Source: a virus
Lineage: Duplodnaviria > Caudoviricetes
DNA length: 48,893 nt
IMG/VR virus record: IMGVR_UViG_3300037313_000210
Span: 1 to 48,893 of that record
Reading direction: 5' to 3' (one strand)
Shown: positions 9,315 through 17,583 of the stretch, piece after piece
Layout of the letters: each line of letters opens with the position of its first letter
Numbering within the stretch: the first letter of the stretch is position 1
Position numbers and translations under genes: made by a program
Notes under the pieces: model-generated
Database searches by the model: none
The model's input: the letters and a program-made list of their open reading frames with translations, nothing else
What the model was told of the DNA's origin: nothing

Positions 9315-10022
9315 TTAACTAATCTTAGTCCTTTTACCTGTAGTCCATCCGAAACACTTCTGACACTGAAGCCGTTCAGTCTTGTAGTGTGCCGTCAGTC
9401 TAAATCCTCTCCGGTGTACACGAGCAGAAGTACACTTAGGACAACTACGACCGCTTCCAATGTTAGGATGATTGGTGATGTAGGGTCTAACACGTTTGTA
9501 AACTCCCTCGGTCAAACGACAGTCGTGGACGCAGTACTTCTTCATCTTCGCCTGTGCCTGCTCGTCTCCTGCCATGACCTTCTTCCACAGGCCGAACCCC
9601 TCGTGCTCCATCTTGTGTCCGATGTTCAGCATCGACGCGATGTGTTCTAGCTTGTTGGAGAAGAACCTAGTCTTGTGACGAAAGAATTTATATAAATCTA
9701 CATGGCTAGGTGGAGGAGGAGGGCTGACGCCAGCAAGGATAAACTCAGTGACAAAATGCGGATAGTCAAACTTTTCTCCGTTGTAGGTTATGAGTACGTC
9801 AGCTTCTTCTAGAAGATCACGAGCCGCCTCTAGCATCCCTAGATAGCCGTGTTCCCACTCGGAGAAAAACATGATCTCTTTCTTACCGAGCCACTTGGCG
9901 GAGAAACAAAGCAGCCCCCCCGGCTCTTCAATTTGGACCGGTGCGATGTTCTCGCGCCAGCCTTTCCACACCCATGCTTTTGTAGGTCGGGTCTCTATAT
10001 CGAAAGTGAGGATTTTACTCAT
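9315..10022 (-). CDS. RNase H-fold/DnaQ-like 3'-5' exonuclease with C-terminal Zn ribbon
   Basis: FDIET, YNGEKFD, SNKLEH, YCVHD; CPKC…CQKC. Confidence 0.85.
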   Translation of the reverse strand: MSKILTFDIETRPTKAWVWKGWRENIAPVQIEEPGGLLCFSAKWLGKKEIMFFSEWEHGYLGMLEAARDLLEEADVLITYNGEKFDYPHFVTEFILAGVSPPPPPSHVDLYKFFRHKTRFFSNKLEHIASMLNIGHKMEHEGFGLWKKVMAGDEQAQAKMKKYCVHDCRLTEGVYKRVRPYITNHPNIGSGRSCPKCTSARVHRRGFRLTAHYKTERLQCQKCFGWTTGKRTKIS

Positions 10023-10423
10023 GGTTTCTTCCTTTTCTTGGGCTTCTTTTTAGGAACAAACCACCCCGTACCCTGCTCAAGGTACTCTGCCATTTTTCGC
10101 AGAAGAGTGCTATCCCGATGCCTACCTAGTAACCTGTGATTACAATAGGCGCAAAGAAGACCACGTATCTCACCAGTATAGTGGTCGTGATCTACGTGCA
10201 TGTTTCGTTTTTGTTCCGAAGTGTGCTTATCACATATGGCACACTGATGATTTTGTTTATCCAACAACTCATCATATTGTTCTAGTGTTATGCCATAGGC
10301 ATTCTTAAGATGTCTTCGCCGGTCCGCGAGCTTATCTCGTTCACGGTATCCCGTGTCCTTTCTCATTTTAGCCCGCCAGTTTCTCTGGTATTCGTTTTTG
10401 GTCTCGCGTTTCGTATAACCCAA
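10019..10423 (-). CDS. Endonuclease VII-like (resolvase/HNH)
   Basis: YGITLEQY…QNHQCAIC…HVDHDHYTGEIRGLLCAYCN. Confidence 0.9.
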   Translation of the reverse strand: MGYTKRETKNEYQRNWRAKMRKDTGYRERDKLADRRRHLKNAYGITLEQYDELLDKQNHQCAICDKHTSEQKRNMHVDHDHYTGEIRGLLCAYCNHRLLGRHRDSTLLRKMAEYLEQGTGWFVPKKKPKKRKKP

Positions 10424-11284
10424 CTACCAATCCTCTTTGGGAACCTTGGGTTCACGAACTACCTTTGTTAGAAACTTCGGTCCTGACGAATATGTGTAAA
10501 CTTGAAGTCCCTGACCACCGTTGGTGTCTCGATAGCAGTGGAATTTGTAGGAGCAGTATGAACAGCCAACATCGAGGACGCGGTTTCCTGAAACACCATC
10601 TGGCTTATCTGGATAGCATCGAGGAGGTTCAACTTCACTTTCGAGGACGGAACGAAGATGCTTAATCCTTGGTGCGGGCTTGTTGGCGGCCAACACCGCA
10701 GGGCTAACTTCACAAAAAGCCACGTCGCCGTGAACCTTATCCGCCACCAGAAATCCGGCCCTGTCAGTACCGAGGGCGGCACGATAGCCAGAGATTTGCC
10801 CGATGTAGCCGAAGGGGTCATTCTCCACGAATGCACCCGATACGAACTTGTTGAAAGAATATGAACTAGCGGACTTAACGTCCACCGTAACACCGTCGAT
10901 AACCGCGTCACAGTGTCCTTTAACGCCGTCCACTTCGACTTCAGCTTGTTCGTGAGTGACTTCATGTCCGGCTTCCTTAGCAAGAAAGAGCAGCAGCAAC
11001 TCAATCAAGTCTCCGTAAAGGAACTTGAAGTGGGTTTTAGGAAGCAATCGTTCAGCTTTGTCCGCCGCGTGTTCTGCGTACCAAAGTTGTCTGGCAGGCC
11101 TACCGAGACTCGAAAACCTCAACGTTGCTGCTGCTCGCTCCCGACTGGAAAGCCGTCGACGCAGTAGCTCTTTGACGCTACCAGCAATCCAGTCGAGATT
11201 CTCTTCCGACGGCTCGTGGTTGGTGTCTTCGTCCAGCAGGGCGTAAATGTCAGACACCAGCGAGTCGACGGTTTTACTAGGCAT
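10424..11284 (-). CDS. PD-(D/E)XK Cas4-like exonuclease
   Basis: LRFSSLG…RQLWY, GHCDAVIDGVTVDVKS, YIGQISGY, CSYCSYKFHC. Confidence 0.85.
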   Translation of the reverse strand: MPSKTVDSLVSDIYALLDEDTNHEPSEENLDWIAGSVKELLRRRLSSRERAAATLRFSSLGRPARQLWYAEHAADKAERLLPKTHFKFLYGDLIELLLLFLAKEAGHEVTHEQAEVEVDGVKGHCDAVIDGVTVDVKSASSYSFNKFVSGAFVENDPFGYIGQISGYRAALGTDRAGFLVADKVHGDVAFCEVSPAVLAANKPAPRIKHLRSVLESEVEPPRCYPDKPDGVSGNRVLDVGCSYCSYKFHCYRDTNGGQGLQVYTYSSGPKFLTKVVREPKVPKEDW

Positions 11285-11480
11285 TCGCTAGAGAGATACC
11301 CTTGCGGTCTGCCCCACGAATTGCGTCAGTCTTACGCGTGTACGTAGCGACTACACCGTCCGTAGTGTGAACGATTGCGTACTTGCCACTCGGGGTCTTC
11401 TCCAGAGTGAACGTCGGGGTTGTAGCCACGCTCGCGGGCGCTCGCAGAGTACGCTTTTCCTTGTTAAACCATCCAAACAT
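11277..11480 (-). CDS. Small hypothetical protein (67 aa)
   Basis: ATG with purine-rich SD; MFGWFNK…YTRKTDAIRGADRKG; the 5' extension in the track runs through the ribozyme. Confidence 0.65.
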   Translation of the reverse strand: MFGWFNKEKRTLRAPASVATTPTFTLEKTPSGKYAIVHTTDGVVATYTRKTDAIRGADRKGISLANA

Positions 11481-11528
11481 ATTCTTACTTCCTTTCTTAA
11501 ATAATTGTGCGGCTTGGCTCTCCGACCG

Positions 11529-11595
11529 ACCCACCTTGGGAGAGGCTATGCGACCCGAAGGTTTCTGCTTTCGCTTCATCAGGCAAATGGTGGGC
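11529..11595 (-). ncRNA. Type I hammerhead ribozyme HH1
   Basis: GCCCACC-ATTT-GC-CTGATGA-AGCGAAAGCA-GAAA-CC-TTCG-GG-TC-GCA…GGTGGGT; predicted cleavage after GUC, between 11552 and 11551. Confidence 0.8.
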
Positions 11596-11642
11596 TGCGT
11601 CCCCAACTCTACCGCACTGGGGGACCTGTGCTCTGTTAGTTC

Positions 11643-12197
11643 TTACTCAGGAACGTCGTCGTCCAACTCGTCGAGTGCATCCTGCACTGTCTTAAGCTGT
11701 TGCTTCGGCATTTCATCCGTAGTGTACGTATCGCTGCCAAAGAACTCGTCATCCGTGCTGAGCGGAGCGAAGTCCTGTGAAACGTACGGAACTAGGTCGA
11801 GGACTCGAATCGCTCGGATGTAAACACCCTTCTTCTTGCCTACGCCGTAGTCCTTGACGACGAACTTTACGTCCACCTGCGAACCGTTGCCGATCAGGCG
11901 TCCGTCCCAAGCGTCGTTGTTGGCGTCCACGATGCGAAGAGGCTCGGCCTTTTCTCCGTTCGCCTTCATCTCTCGGTGCCGAAACGAAATGAACGTGTCC
12001 TCTCTGCTGTCACCTTCCTTAGGCTGCCGGAGGCGGTCTTGAATACCGAGCTTCTTGAGAAGGGTCCGACCTTCGGCGTCTGGCGTCAAGTCAATGGACC
12101 ACTCTCGTTCGCCGGTGAAACTGTTCATCCTCGGGGCACCGATTACCTTAGCCCAGTGAGCAATTCCACGAACGATAATGTTTTCTGTACTAGCTAT
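11643..12197 (-). CDS. ssb: Single-stranded DNA-binding protein (T7 gp2.5-like), probable ATA start
   Basis: RGIAHWAKV, LIGNGSQVDV, IRVLDLVPY, acidic C-terminal tail; in-frame TAG two codons upstream of the ATA; AAAGGT SD. Confidence 0.8.
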   Translation of the reverse strand: MASTENIIVRGIAHWAKVIGAPRMNSFTGEREWSIDLTPDAEGRTLLKKLGIQDRLRQPKEGDSREDTFISFRHREMKANGEKAEPLRIVDANNDAWDGRLIGNGSQVDVKFVVKDYGVGKKKGVYIRAIRVLDLVPYVSQDFAPLSTDDEFFGSDTYTTDEMPKQQLKTVQDALDELDDDVPE

Positions 12198-12229
12198 TTT
12201 CTAAACCTTTCTTCTTTACTTACTCTCTA

Positions 12230-12258
12230 ATTATACCACGCTTTACTACAAATGTCAA
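12230..12258 (-). promoter_or_regulatory. Consensus sigma70 promoter for ssb
   Basis: TTGACA-17 nt-TATAAT with extended TG. Confidence 0.9.
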
Positions 12259-12270
12259 GAACTATTTACA

Positions 12271-14094
12271 CTAGTGGGTTTGACTCCACGTTAGTCCTGA
12301 CTTGACGCTAGCTTCAATTGGCACGTTATAGTTAAATGATCGTCCTGCCCTTTCGAATGCTCCAAGAGCCAGTTCCGAAAATCGGTCAACATCTCCGGTA
12401 GCAACGACATATTGGAACTCGTCGTGAATTGAACCGACGAGCTTTGCGTCAAGTTTGTTTCGTCTGATTTCTTCATCTAAGTAAATACTCGCTTGTTTCA
12501 TAATCCGTGATTCGTCCCCTTGGAGCAAGTACGGGATTACCATGTGGTCTGAAGATACTAGGACTTTACTTCCATCGCAGAGAGTAATTCGTCCAGTTCG
12601 TTTAAGCTCACCTTGGAGTCGAGCAATGAGTCGAGACAGTCCTGGAACCTGTTCAAAGAACTTTCGTTTAGCGTCTTTAGCTTCACGCAAAGGCACATCT
12701 GCTTCTGAAGCAATTCGGGCATCTCCCGCCCCCATAAGTGTAGCGTAGACAATTGTTTTAGTAAGCGCTCTCGAAGCCAGTCCAAGTCGCTCTTGATTAG
12801 CTGTGTGTGGGTCATTGGAAAGGATAGCCTTTGTAAATTCTTCGTCTTCTAGGTAGTGGGCAAGCACCCGCAACTGGATGCCTTTTGCGTCAACACCAAC
12901 CAGCCGATAACGGTCCACATCGCCACAGGTCCAAAGATCGCGAGCTTCGTAAGTCCACGAACCGTCTTCTCCCAAATCAGGTCGTTCATTAGTGATCCGC
13001 ACAGCAGGAATGTTAGCGGTGTTAGGATTGTCATGCCGGTAGCGAAGAGTGCTAGCCAACCACACGTTCCCATGTATTGCTCCTGTCTTTTCGTTGTAGG
13101 CGTTTAGCCAAGTGTTCACCATGTTGGCTCGGGAGTTAGTTACGACCCATTTAGCAAGTCGTCTACTTCCTTCATTGTTAGACGATTCGGCGAACTTGAT
13201 GAGACTTTCTTCGTCGACTTTTGGGTTGCCCGCTTTAGTGTACGAAGTCGCCTTCCAGCCCGCCTCAGTGAGTTTGTCAACCCTTTGGCTTGGGCTTCCA
13301 AGATTGAACTCAACCCAATCAAACGCGTCGTATCCTCCGTCGTCACGGAGTCGGAGTTCCGGATATTGCTCTCTATGTCTCTCATAGTTTGCAGTGCGAC
13401 TTCCATCTTTCTTAAAGGCTTTTGCAAACGATCCAACACACCGAAACTCAGGTGGCCACTGTTTGTAGATTTCACGCTTTAGGTCCTCTTCACGGGTTCG
13501 AAGGAGTACGTAGAGTTCTTCCGCCCGTCGTTTGTCAAACGGAAAACCGTGCCTTCGCTGTTTATTCTGTATGATGTGCCACGAACGAGTCTCCAAAGCG
13601 GCCCCCCGTTCGGTGAAGCCAACATCTCGCATCCGTCGTGTGAGACGATTGAAAAGCCGTTTCGTAAGCGCTGTGTCGTTTTCACAGTACTGTCTCATTT
13701 CCTCCGAGTAGTGTGTGAAGTCCTTGAACGGAAGTTTAGGAAACCTTAACCGCCCACCCCAAACTTCCAAACTATGACCGCCAGTAAAGCTAGGGCTGTA
13801 CAGCATAGAAAGGACAAAGGTATCAACAAGTTTGGAGACACCAATTTTGCAACCCCAAATTTTGTTGAGGACCGGGGCGTCAAAGGCGACGATGTTATGC
13901 CCAACCAAATAGGCATCTCGCGGTAGCCACTTGTTGAAATCTTCCGCACTGGTGAACGTCCTTTTCTCGTCTGTTACTGCGTTCTCAACACATACGACGA
14001 ATATCTTCGTACACTCGTCACGAAGCCCGTCCGTCTCTATGTCCAAAACCCAGTGGTTTTTTGTCGGAGTTAGATATTTTCCTTCTACGTTCAA
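12271..14094 (-). CDS. polA: Family A DNA polymerase (T7-like) with 3'-5' exonuclease
   Basis: LDIETDG, GHNIVAFD, YCENDT; motif A DAKGIQLR, motif B KTIVY, motif C IHDE. Confidence 0.95.
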   Translation of the reverse strand: MNVEGKYLTPTKNHWVLDIETDGLRDECTKIFVVCVENAVTDEKRTFTSAEDFNKWLPRDAYLVGHNIVAFDAPVLNKIWGCKIGVSKLVDTFVLSMLYSPSFTGGHSLEVWGGRLRFPKLPFKDFTHYSEEMRQYCENDTALTKRLFNRLTRRMRDVGFTERGAALETRSWHIIQNKQRRHGFPFDKRRAEELYVLLRTREEDLKREIYKQWPPEFRCVGSFAKAFKKDGSRTANYERHREQYPELRLRDDGGYDAFDWVEFNLGSPSQRVDKLTEAGWKATSYTKAGNPKVDEESLIKFAESSNNEGSRRLAKWVVTNSRANMVNTWLNAYNEKTGAIHGNVWLASTLRYRHDNPNTANIPAVRITNERPDLGEDGSWTYEARDLWTCGDVDRYRLVGVDAKGIQLRVLAHYLEDEEFTKAILSNDPHTANQERLGLASRALTKTIVYATLMGAGDARIASEADVPLREAKDAKRKFFEQVPGLSRLIARLQGELKRTGRITLCDGSKVLVSSDHMVIPYLLQGDESRIMKQASIYLDEEIRRNKLDAKLVGSIHDEFQYVVATGDVDRFSELALGAFERAGRSFNYNVPIEASVKSGLTWSQTH

Positions 14095-14176
14095 ACTCTT
14101 TCATAATCCCTTTAATTTCACGCCAGTGATCTGTGAACAACTGTTCCAGCGTTTCGTCAGAAAGCTCTTTGATCAT
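14018..14176 (-). CDS. Possible small hypothetical protein (52 aa)
   Basis: ATG fills the primase-polymerase gap but overlaps both neighbours. Confidence 0.3.
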   Translation of the reverse strand: MIKELSDETLEQLFTDHWREIKGIMKEFERRRKISNSDKKPLGFGHRDGRAS

Positions 14177-15851
14177 CTCTGACTGACTCTCCGGCTTCGT
14201 ACTGCTCGGCCTCTTCTTGACTGAGTTCCTCCAGTCTGCCCGTGATCCCATTATAGAAGAGGTAGCAGGCTGGTCCAGTCCTACCGCAGAAGCGGTTCTT
14301 TTCCACCACGACTTTAGTGACATTTCGTCTCCATTCGTTTAGGTCGGTGTTGTTCCTGTACAGCTTGATTACGATGTTAGCGAGCTGCTCGACACCGGCT
14401 GTGCCTCGGATTTGCCCTTGGCGGTTCTGGTGAATTACACAGATCAGCGCTAGATTGAGTTCCATACAAAGCGTCTTGGCTTTGGTGGCAATCTCGTCTA
14501 GCTGTTTCCTCTCGTCACCAGACTGATCACTAACCACAATGCTGAGGTGGTCCAGAACAATGTACTTACAGCCCAAAGCGTGCATGTGACGGATTTTGTC
14601 AAGGACTGCATCCACTGTGTTGGAGCCAAAGTGATCCCAAATAACCACACGACTGCTGTTGATAACGTTGTCGTAAGCAGTTCGGAGTTCTTCGACAGTA
14701 CGCTCAGTGTCAGGAAGATGATAAGGCTTATCAGCGTAAATAGACATAAGCCCGAGAGCAGTGTCGTAGTTGGGTTCTTCAAGGTGGATGAAACCCACCC
14801 CGTAACCCTTGTCCTTAAGCTCTTGATTGCTGAGAAGAGCATACTCTACTTCCTTGAGGACGCTTGTTTTTCCGATGCCAGTTTCCGCAGTGACGACAAC
14901 CATCTCGGAGAGACGAAGGCCGTAAGTGAGTCTGTTAAGACCCGCAAACGGATAGTCGACTTGGAAATGCTTAGGTCGGTTGATGATTTCGTCCCACATG
15001 TCGGAGCCGAGTTTGATCCCGTCCGGCATGTACACTGGTGCGTCCCACCACTCTTTGTGGAACTCTTTGACTTTGCCGTTTTTGAGGTAGTCATTGGGGT
15101 CTTTCTCCTCTTGGAACTTGACGATGCGGACTTTACCCGGCTTGAAGCCTAGCTCGGCTATTTGCTTGGCCGTCTTCTGCCCTACTTCGTCTCCGTCTAG
15201 CGCGAGAACAACACGCTCAAAGCTGTCAAGATACTCAAAGTTGTTACGTACGTCACGTACAGCAGTCCCGCCAGAAGCAACGCTGACAACAGGATACCGA
15301 CTCCCACAAAGTACCCAAGCCGCCGCCGCATCGTACTCGCCTTCGACGACAGTGATTTGCTTAGCGCAGCCTTGAGGGAAAAGATGCTGTCCAAACAGTT
15401 CAACTTCATTGGCTTCACCTTCCCAAAAGAACTTCTTGTCTTTCGTACGTACTTTGTTACCGACGTGCTTGCCGTCTTTGAAGTACGGATACCTAGCTTC
15501 GACACGTTCGTCGTTCTGTACTAGGTCGATGCCGTACTTCTGGATAGCTGCCTTCGGGAGTGCCCTGTGTTCGGCAGCCCGGAATACGTCAGTTACCGGC
15601 GTGACAGGGTTAGAATAAGCCCGGTTAGGCCGACCCCCACCGTCAGTCCCCAGATGAACTCCAAAATCATGTTCGCTGTTTGATAGCACATTGTTTTTAT
15701 CCTTGTTAGGTGGTTGTCTGTATCCGCAGAGATTGTTGAAGCACTTGCCCCACCCGGTCTTCGGGTCAATGCTGAAGGCATCTGACGAACTACAGTTAGG
15801 ACAAGGCAGGTGACTTACTGATGATTGTCGCGTAGAAATTGAGCTATCCAC
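14157..15851 (-). CDS. Primase-helicase (T7 gp4/Twinkle-like)
   Basis: Zn finger CPNC…CFNNLC, TOPRIM VVEGEYDA/LDGD/KDPND, Walker A AETGIGKT, LDHL, EKNRFCG. Confidence 0.95.
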   Translation of the reverse strand: MDSSISTRQSSVSHLPCPNCSSSDAFSIDPKTGWGKCFNNLCGYRQPPNKDKNNVLSNSEHDFGVHLGTDGGGRPNRAYSNPVTPVTDVFRAAEHRALPKAAIQKYGIDLVQNDERVEARYPYFKDGKHVGNKVRTKDKKFFWEGEANEVELFGQHLFPQGCAKQITVVEGEYDAAAAWVLCGSRYPVVSVASGGTAVRDVRNNFEYLDSFERVVLALDGDEVGQKTAKQIAELGFKPGKVRIVKFQEEKDPNDYLKNGKVKEFHKEWWDAPVYMPDGIKLGSDMWDEIINRPKHFQVDYPFAGLNRLTYGLRLSEMVVVTAETGIGKTSVLKEVEYALLSNQELKDKGYGVGFIHLEEPNYDTALGLMSIYADKPYHLPDTERTVEELRTAYDNVINSSRVVIWDHFGSNTVDAVLDKIRHMHALGCKYIVLDHLSIVVSDQSGDERKQLDEIATKAKTLCMELNLALICVIHQNRQGQIRGTAGVEQLANIVIKLYRNNTDLNEWRRNVTKVVVEKNRFCGRTGPACYLFYNGITGRLEELSQEEAEQYEAGESVRDDQRAF

Positions 15852-15979
15852 TTACACCTTTCTGAATTGTACACGTTCGCCCAGTACGCCCGGTCTTCTC
15901 CTCCTGTAGGGCGGTTGGAGAAATACTTAGCAGCTTCGTCTAAAAACTTAATTGCCCCGTCAACAGACATAGGCAGCAT
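15815..15979 (-). CDS. Small hypothetical protein (54 aa)
   Basis: Start overlaps the upstream TGA; MLPMSVDGAIKFLDEAAKYFSNRPTGGEDRAYWANVYNSERC…. Confidence 0.55.
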   Translation of the reverse strand: MLPMSVDGAIKFLDEAAKYFSNRPTGGEDRAYWANVYNSERCKWIAQFLRDNHQ

Positions 15980-16158
15980 CAAATTGATCCTTTCCCGTTG
16001 TACTGGGTGAGTTCAAGTCCTAGCTTTCTTTCAAGATCGTGGATTTCATTGAGGATGTACTGTTTGGTTGACTTACTGTGAAAGCCTTCAAACAGACGTC
16101 TCTTGGCGTATTCTAGCTCGGCCTCTAGTCGGGCCAGCTCTGAGGGGTTCTTAGGCAT
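15979..16158 (-). CDS. Small hypothetical protein (59 aa)
   Basis: AAGGA SD + ATG just downstream of the promoter; MPKNPSELARLEAELEYAKRRL…. Confidence 0.65.
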   Translation of the reverse strand: MPKNPSELARLEAELEYAKRRLFEGFHSKSTKQYILNEIHDLERKLGLELTQYNGKGSI

Positions 16159-16239
16159 TGAGTTCCTTTGTTGGAGGACTCGGCAAGCCTCGCCCTCTAT
16201 ATAGGAGTATAGTAGATTACCGCTCGCAACTTGTAATTA

Positions 16240-16268
16240 ATTATACCACAGTCGAACGGGTTTGTCAA
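16240..16268 (-). promoter_or_regulatory. Consensus sigma70 promoter for the replication operon
   Basis: TTGACA-17 nt-TATAAT with extended TG. Confidence 0.9.
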
Positions 16269-16462
16269 GTAAAATCGTCACCGTCTGGTGAAAAAGGGAA
16301 ATCCTGTGTTTCAAAGTCATCGTCTGTGAAGACGGCGTTATCCTTGTAGCTGTTGATAACGTCCTGAATGACTTCCGTGCATTCTTCGCACGGTTCCCAC
16401 GCTTTTAGTTCTCTGTTATATCGGGGTTGCGACAACAGGCGGTCGCAAATGTGACACCTAAT
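16265..16462 (-). CDS. Small Zn-finger protein (probable ATT start; alternative TTG at 16522)
   Basis: CHIC…CEEC with acidic tail; GAGG SD 8 nt before ATT-AGG-TGT. Confidence 0.6.
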   Translation of the reverse strand: MRCHICDRLLSQPRYNRELKAWEPCEECTEVIQDVINSYKDNAVFTDDDFETQDFPFSPDGDDFT

Positions 16463-16522
16463 GGTGAATTCCTCTCTTCCGAACAATGGCGGGCCTTCGT
16501 ACGCATCCCGCCCGAAAAACAA

Positions 16523-16675
16523 CTACTGGGCGTCGTCCCAATCAGCGGCAACGACACCGTTACGGTATTCTTGGGATATTTTCCCTTCTGCTAAAAGTTC
16601 GTTGGCCTCTTCGACTGTAATCTTTTCATTCATCCAATCATCAAAGCCGAACTCCCAATCTGTCTTTTCTCTCAC
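16523..16675 (-). CDS. Small hypothetical protein (50 aa)
   Basis: GTGA overlap with the upstream stop; open to TAG at 16523. Confidence 0.55.
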   Translation of the reverse strand: MREKTDWEFGFDDWMNEKITVEEANELLAEGKISQEYRNGVVAADWDDAQ

Positions 16676-17448
16676 ATCGGAACCTTTCCTAGATTAAACG
16701 CTTGATTCTGTAGGGCCCACGACGGCTGAGTCTTTACCGTCTTGCCTCCGTTTACGGCGTTCGATTTCACGCTTGTGCTCGTGGGGCTTGCCGGTGTGCT
16801 TGTTGATTTTTGGGTCCACGGTGACTGTGTTTCCTTTCTCTCTTCTTTTTCTTTCGTCTTGGGTTGATCGCCGCGAGTCCCCGCAAGATACACAGGAACA
16901 CCGGCCTTGCGGAGTTCTTCCTCCGTCAAGAACTTCGCCTTCGGGAGTTCGTCCCAGATTTCCTTCTGGGTTTTCTGGTTGTCGGGGAGGCCCGTCCACT
17001 CGGTAGGCGGGGCGAATGGATCGAGTCCGCGATCCTTAGCATTCCTAAAAAGAGCAAAAAGATAGTTCCTTCGAACACCAGAGTAAACAGAGTTATCCAC
17101 TGCTCTAACGAATTCAAAGCCTGTCTCCTTCAAGATTTTCAGCCACGCCAAGCCGAAGCCGTAGTTAAGCTGGTTCTCCGTAATAACTGCGAGAAACCCG
17201 TGGTTCGGCATGTCTGTGTCGTAGAACGTCCCGACACGCAGACGAGAGTAGAAAATGTCCTTGTTCGTAGGGCCGAAGTAAACCTGCTTGCCGTCGTGGG
17301 TGATTGGAAAAGCCCCGTCACCGTTAATCAGCTGGATGCTGGCCTTGGCTTTGGGGTCGCAGTCGAACCCCTGAATGATGTCAAAAGCACAGCACCCGAT
17401 GCCCGTGCCTGAAATCCTGCTACCGAACCTGAGAAATTCCACCGTCAC
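16672..17448 (-). CDS. CC-motif protein paralog 1 (possible GNAT-like fold)
   Basis: GIGCCAFDIIQGF…ITENQ…AWLKILKETGFEFV…N…YLF; same motif order as 24327-24812 and 24814-25215. Confidence 0.6.
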   Translation of the reverse strand: MTVEFLRFGSRISGTGIGCCAFDIIQGFDCDPKAKASIQLINGDGAFPITHDGKQVYFGPTNKDIFYSRLRVGTFYDTDMPNHGFLAVITENQLNYGFGLAWLKILKETGFEFVRAVDNSVYSGVRRNYLFALFRNAKDRGLDPFAPPTEWTGLPDNQKTQKEIWDELPKAKFLTEEELRKAGVPVYLAGTRGDQPKTKEKEERKETQSPWTQKSTSTPASPTSTSVKSNAVNGGKTVKTQPSWALQNQAFNLGKVPM

Positions 17449-17582
17449 AAACTCCCATTCTCGTCATAGATTGGAGGACACTTGGACAGAAATATCTGCC
17501 ACTTACCTAAACAATGGTCGAAATCACTGATACTGTCGCATCTCTTAACATACTCCAGCGAACCTTCTAAAAGAGAAATCAT
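17445..17582 (-). CDS. Small hypothetical protein (45 aa)
   Basis: ATG just after the ATP-grasp stop with AAGGA; stop overlaps the next GTG. Confidence 0.5.
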   Translation of the reverse strand: MISLLEGSLEYVKRCDSISDFDHCLGKWQIFLSKCPPIYDENGSL

Positions 17583-17583
17583 T

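Noticed and set aside
10424-11284. Cas4-like nuclease as evidence of a CRISPR system
   Set aside because: Solo PD-(D/E)XK nucleases are routine in phage replication modules; no cas genes or array nearby.
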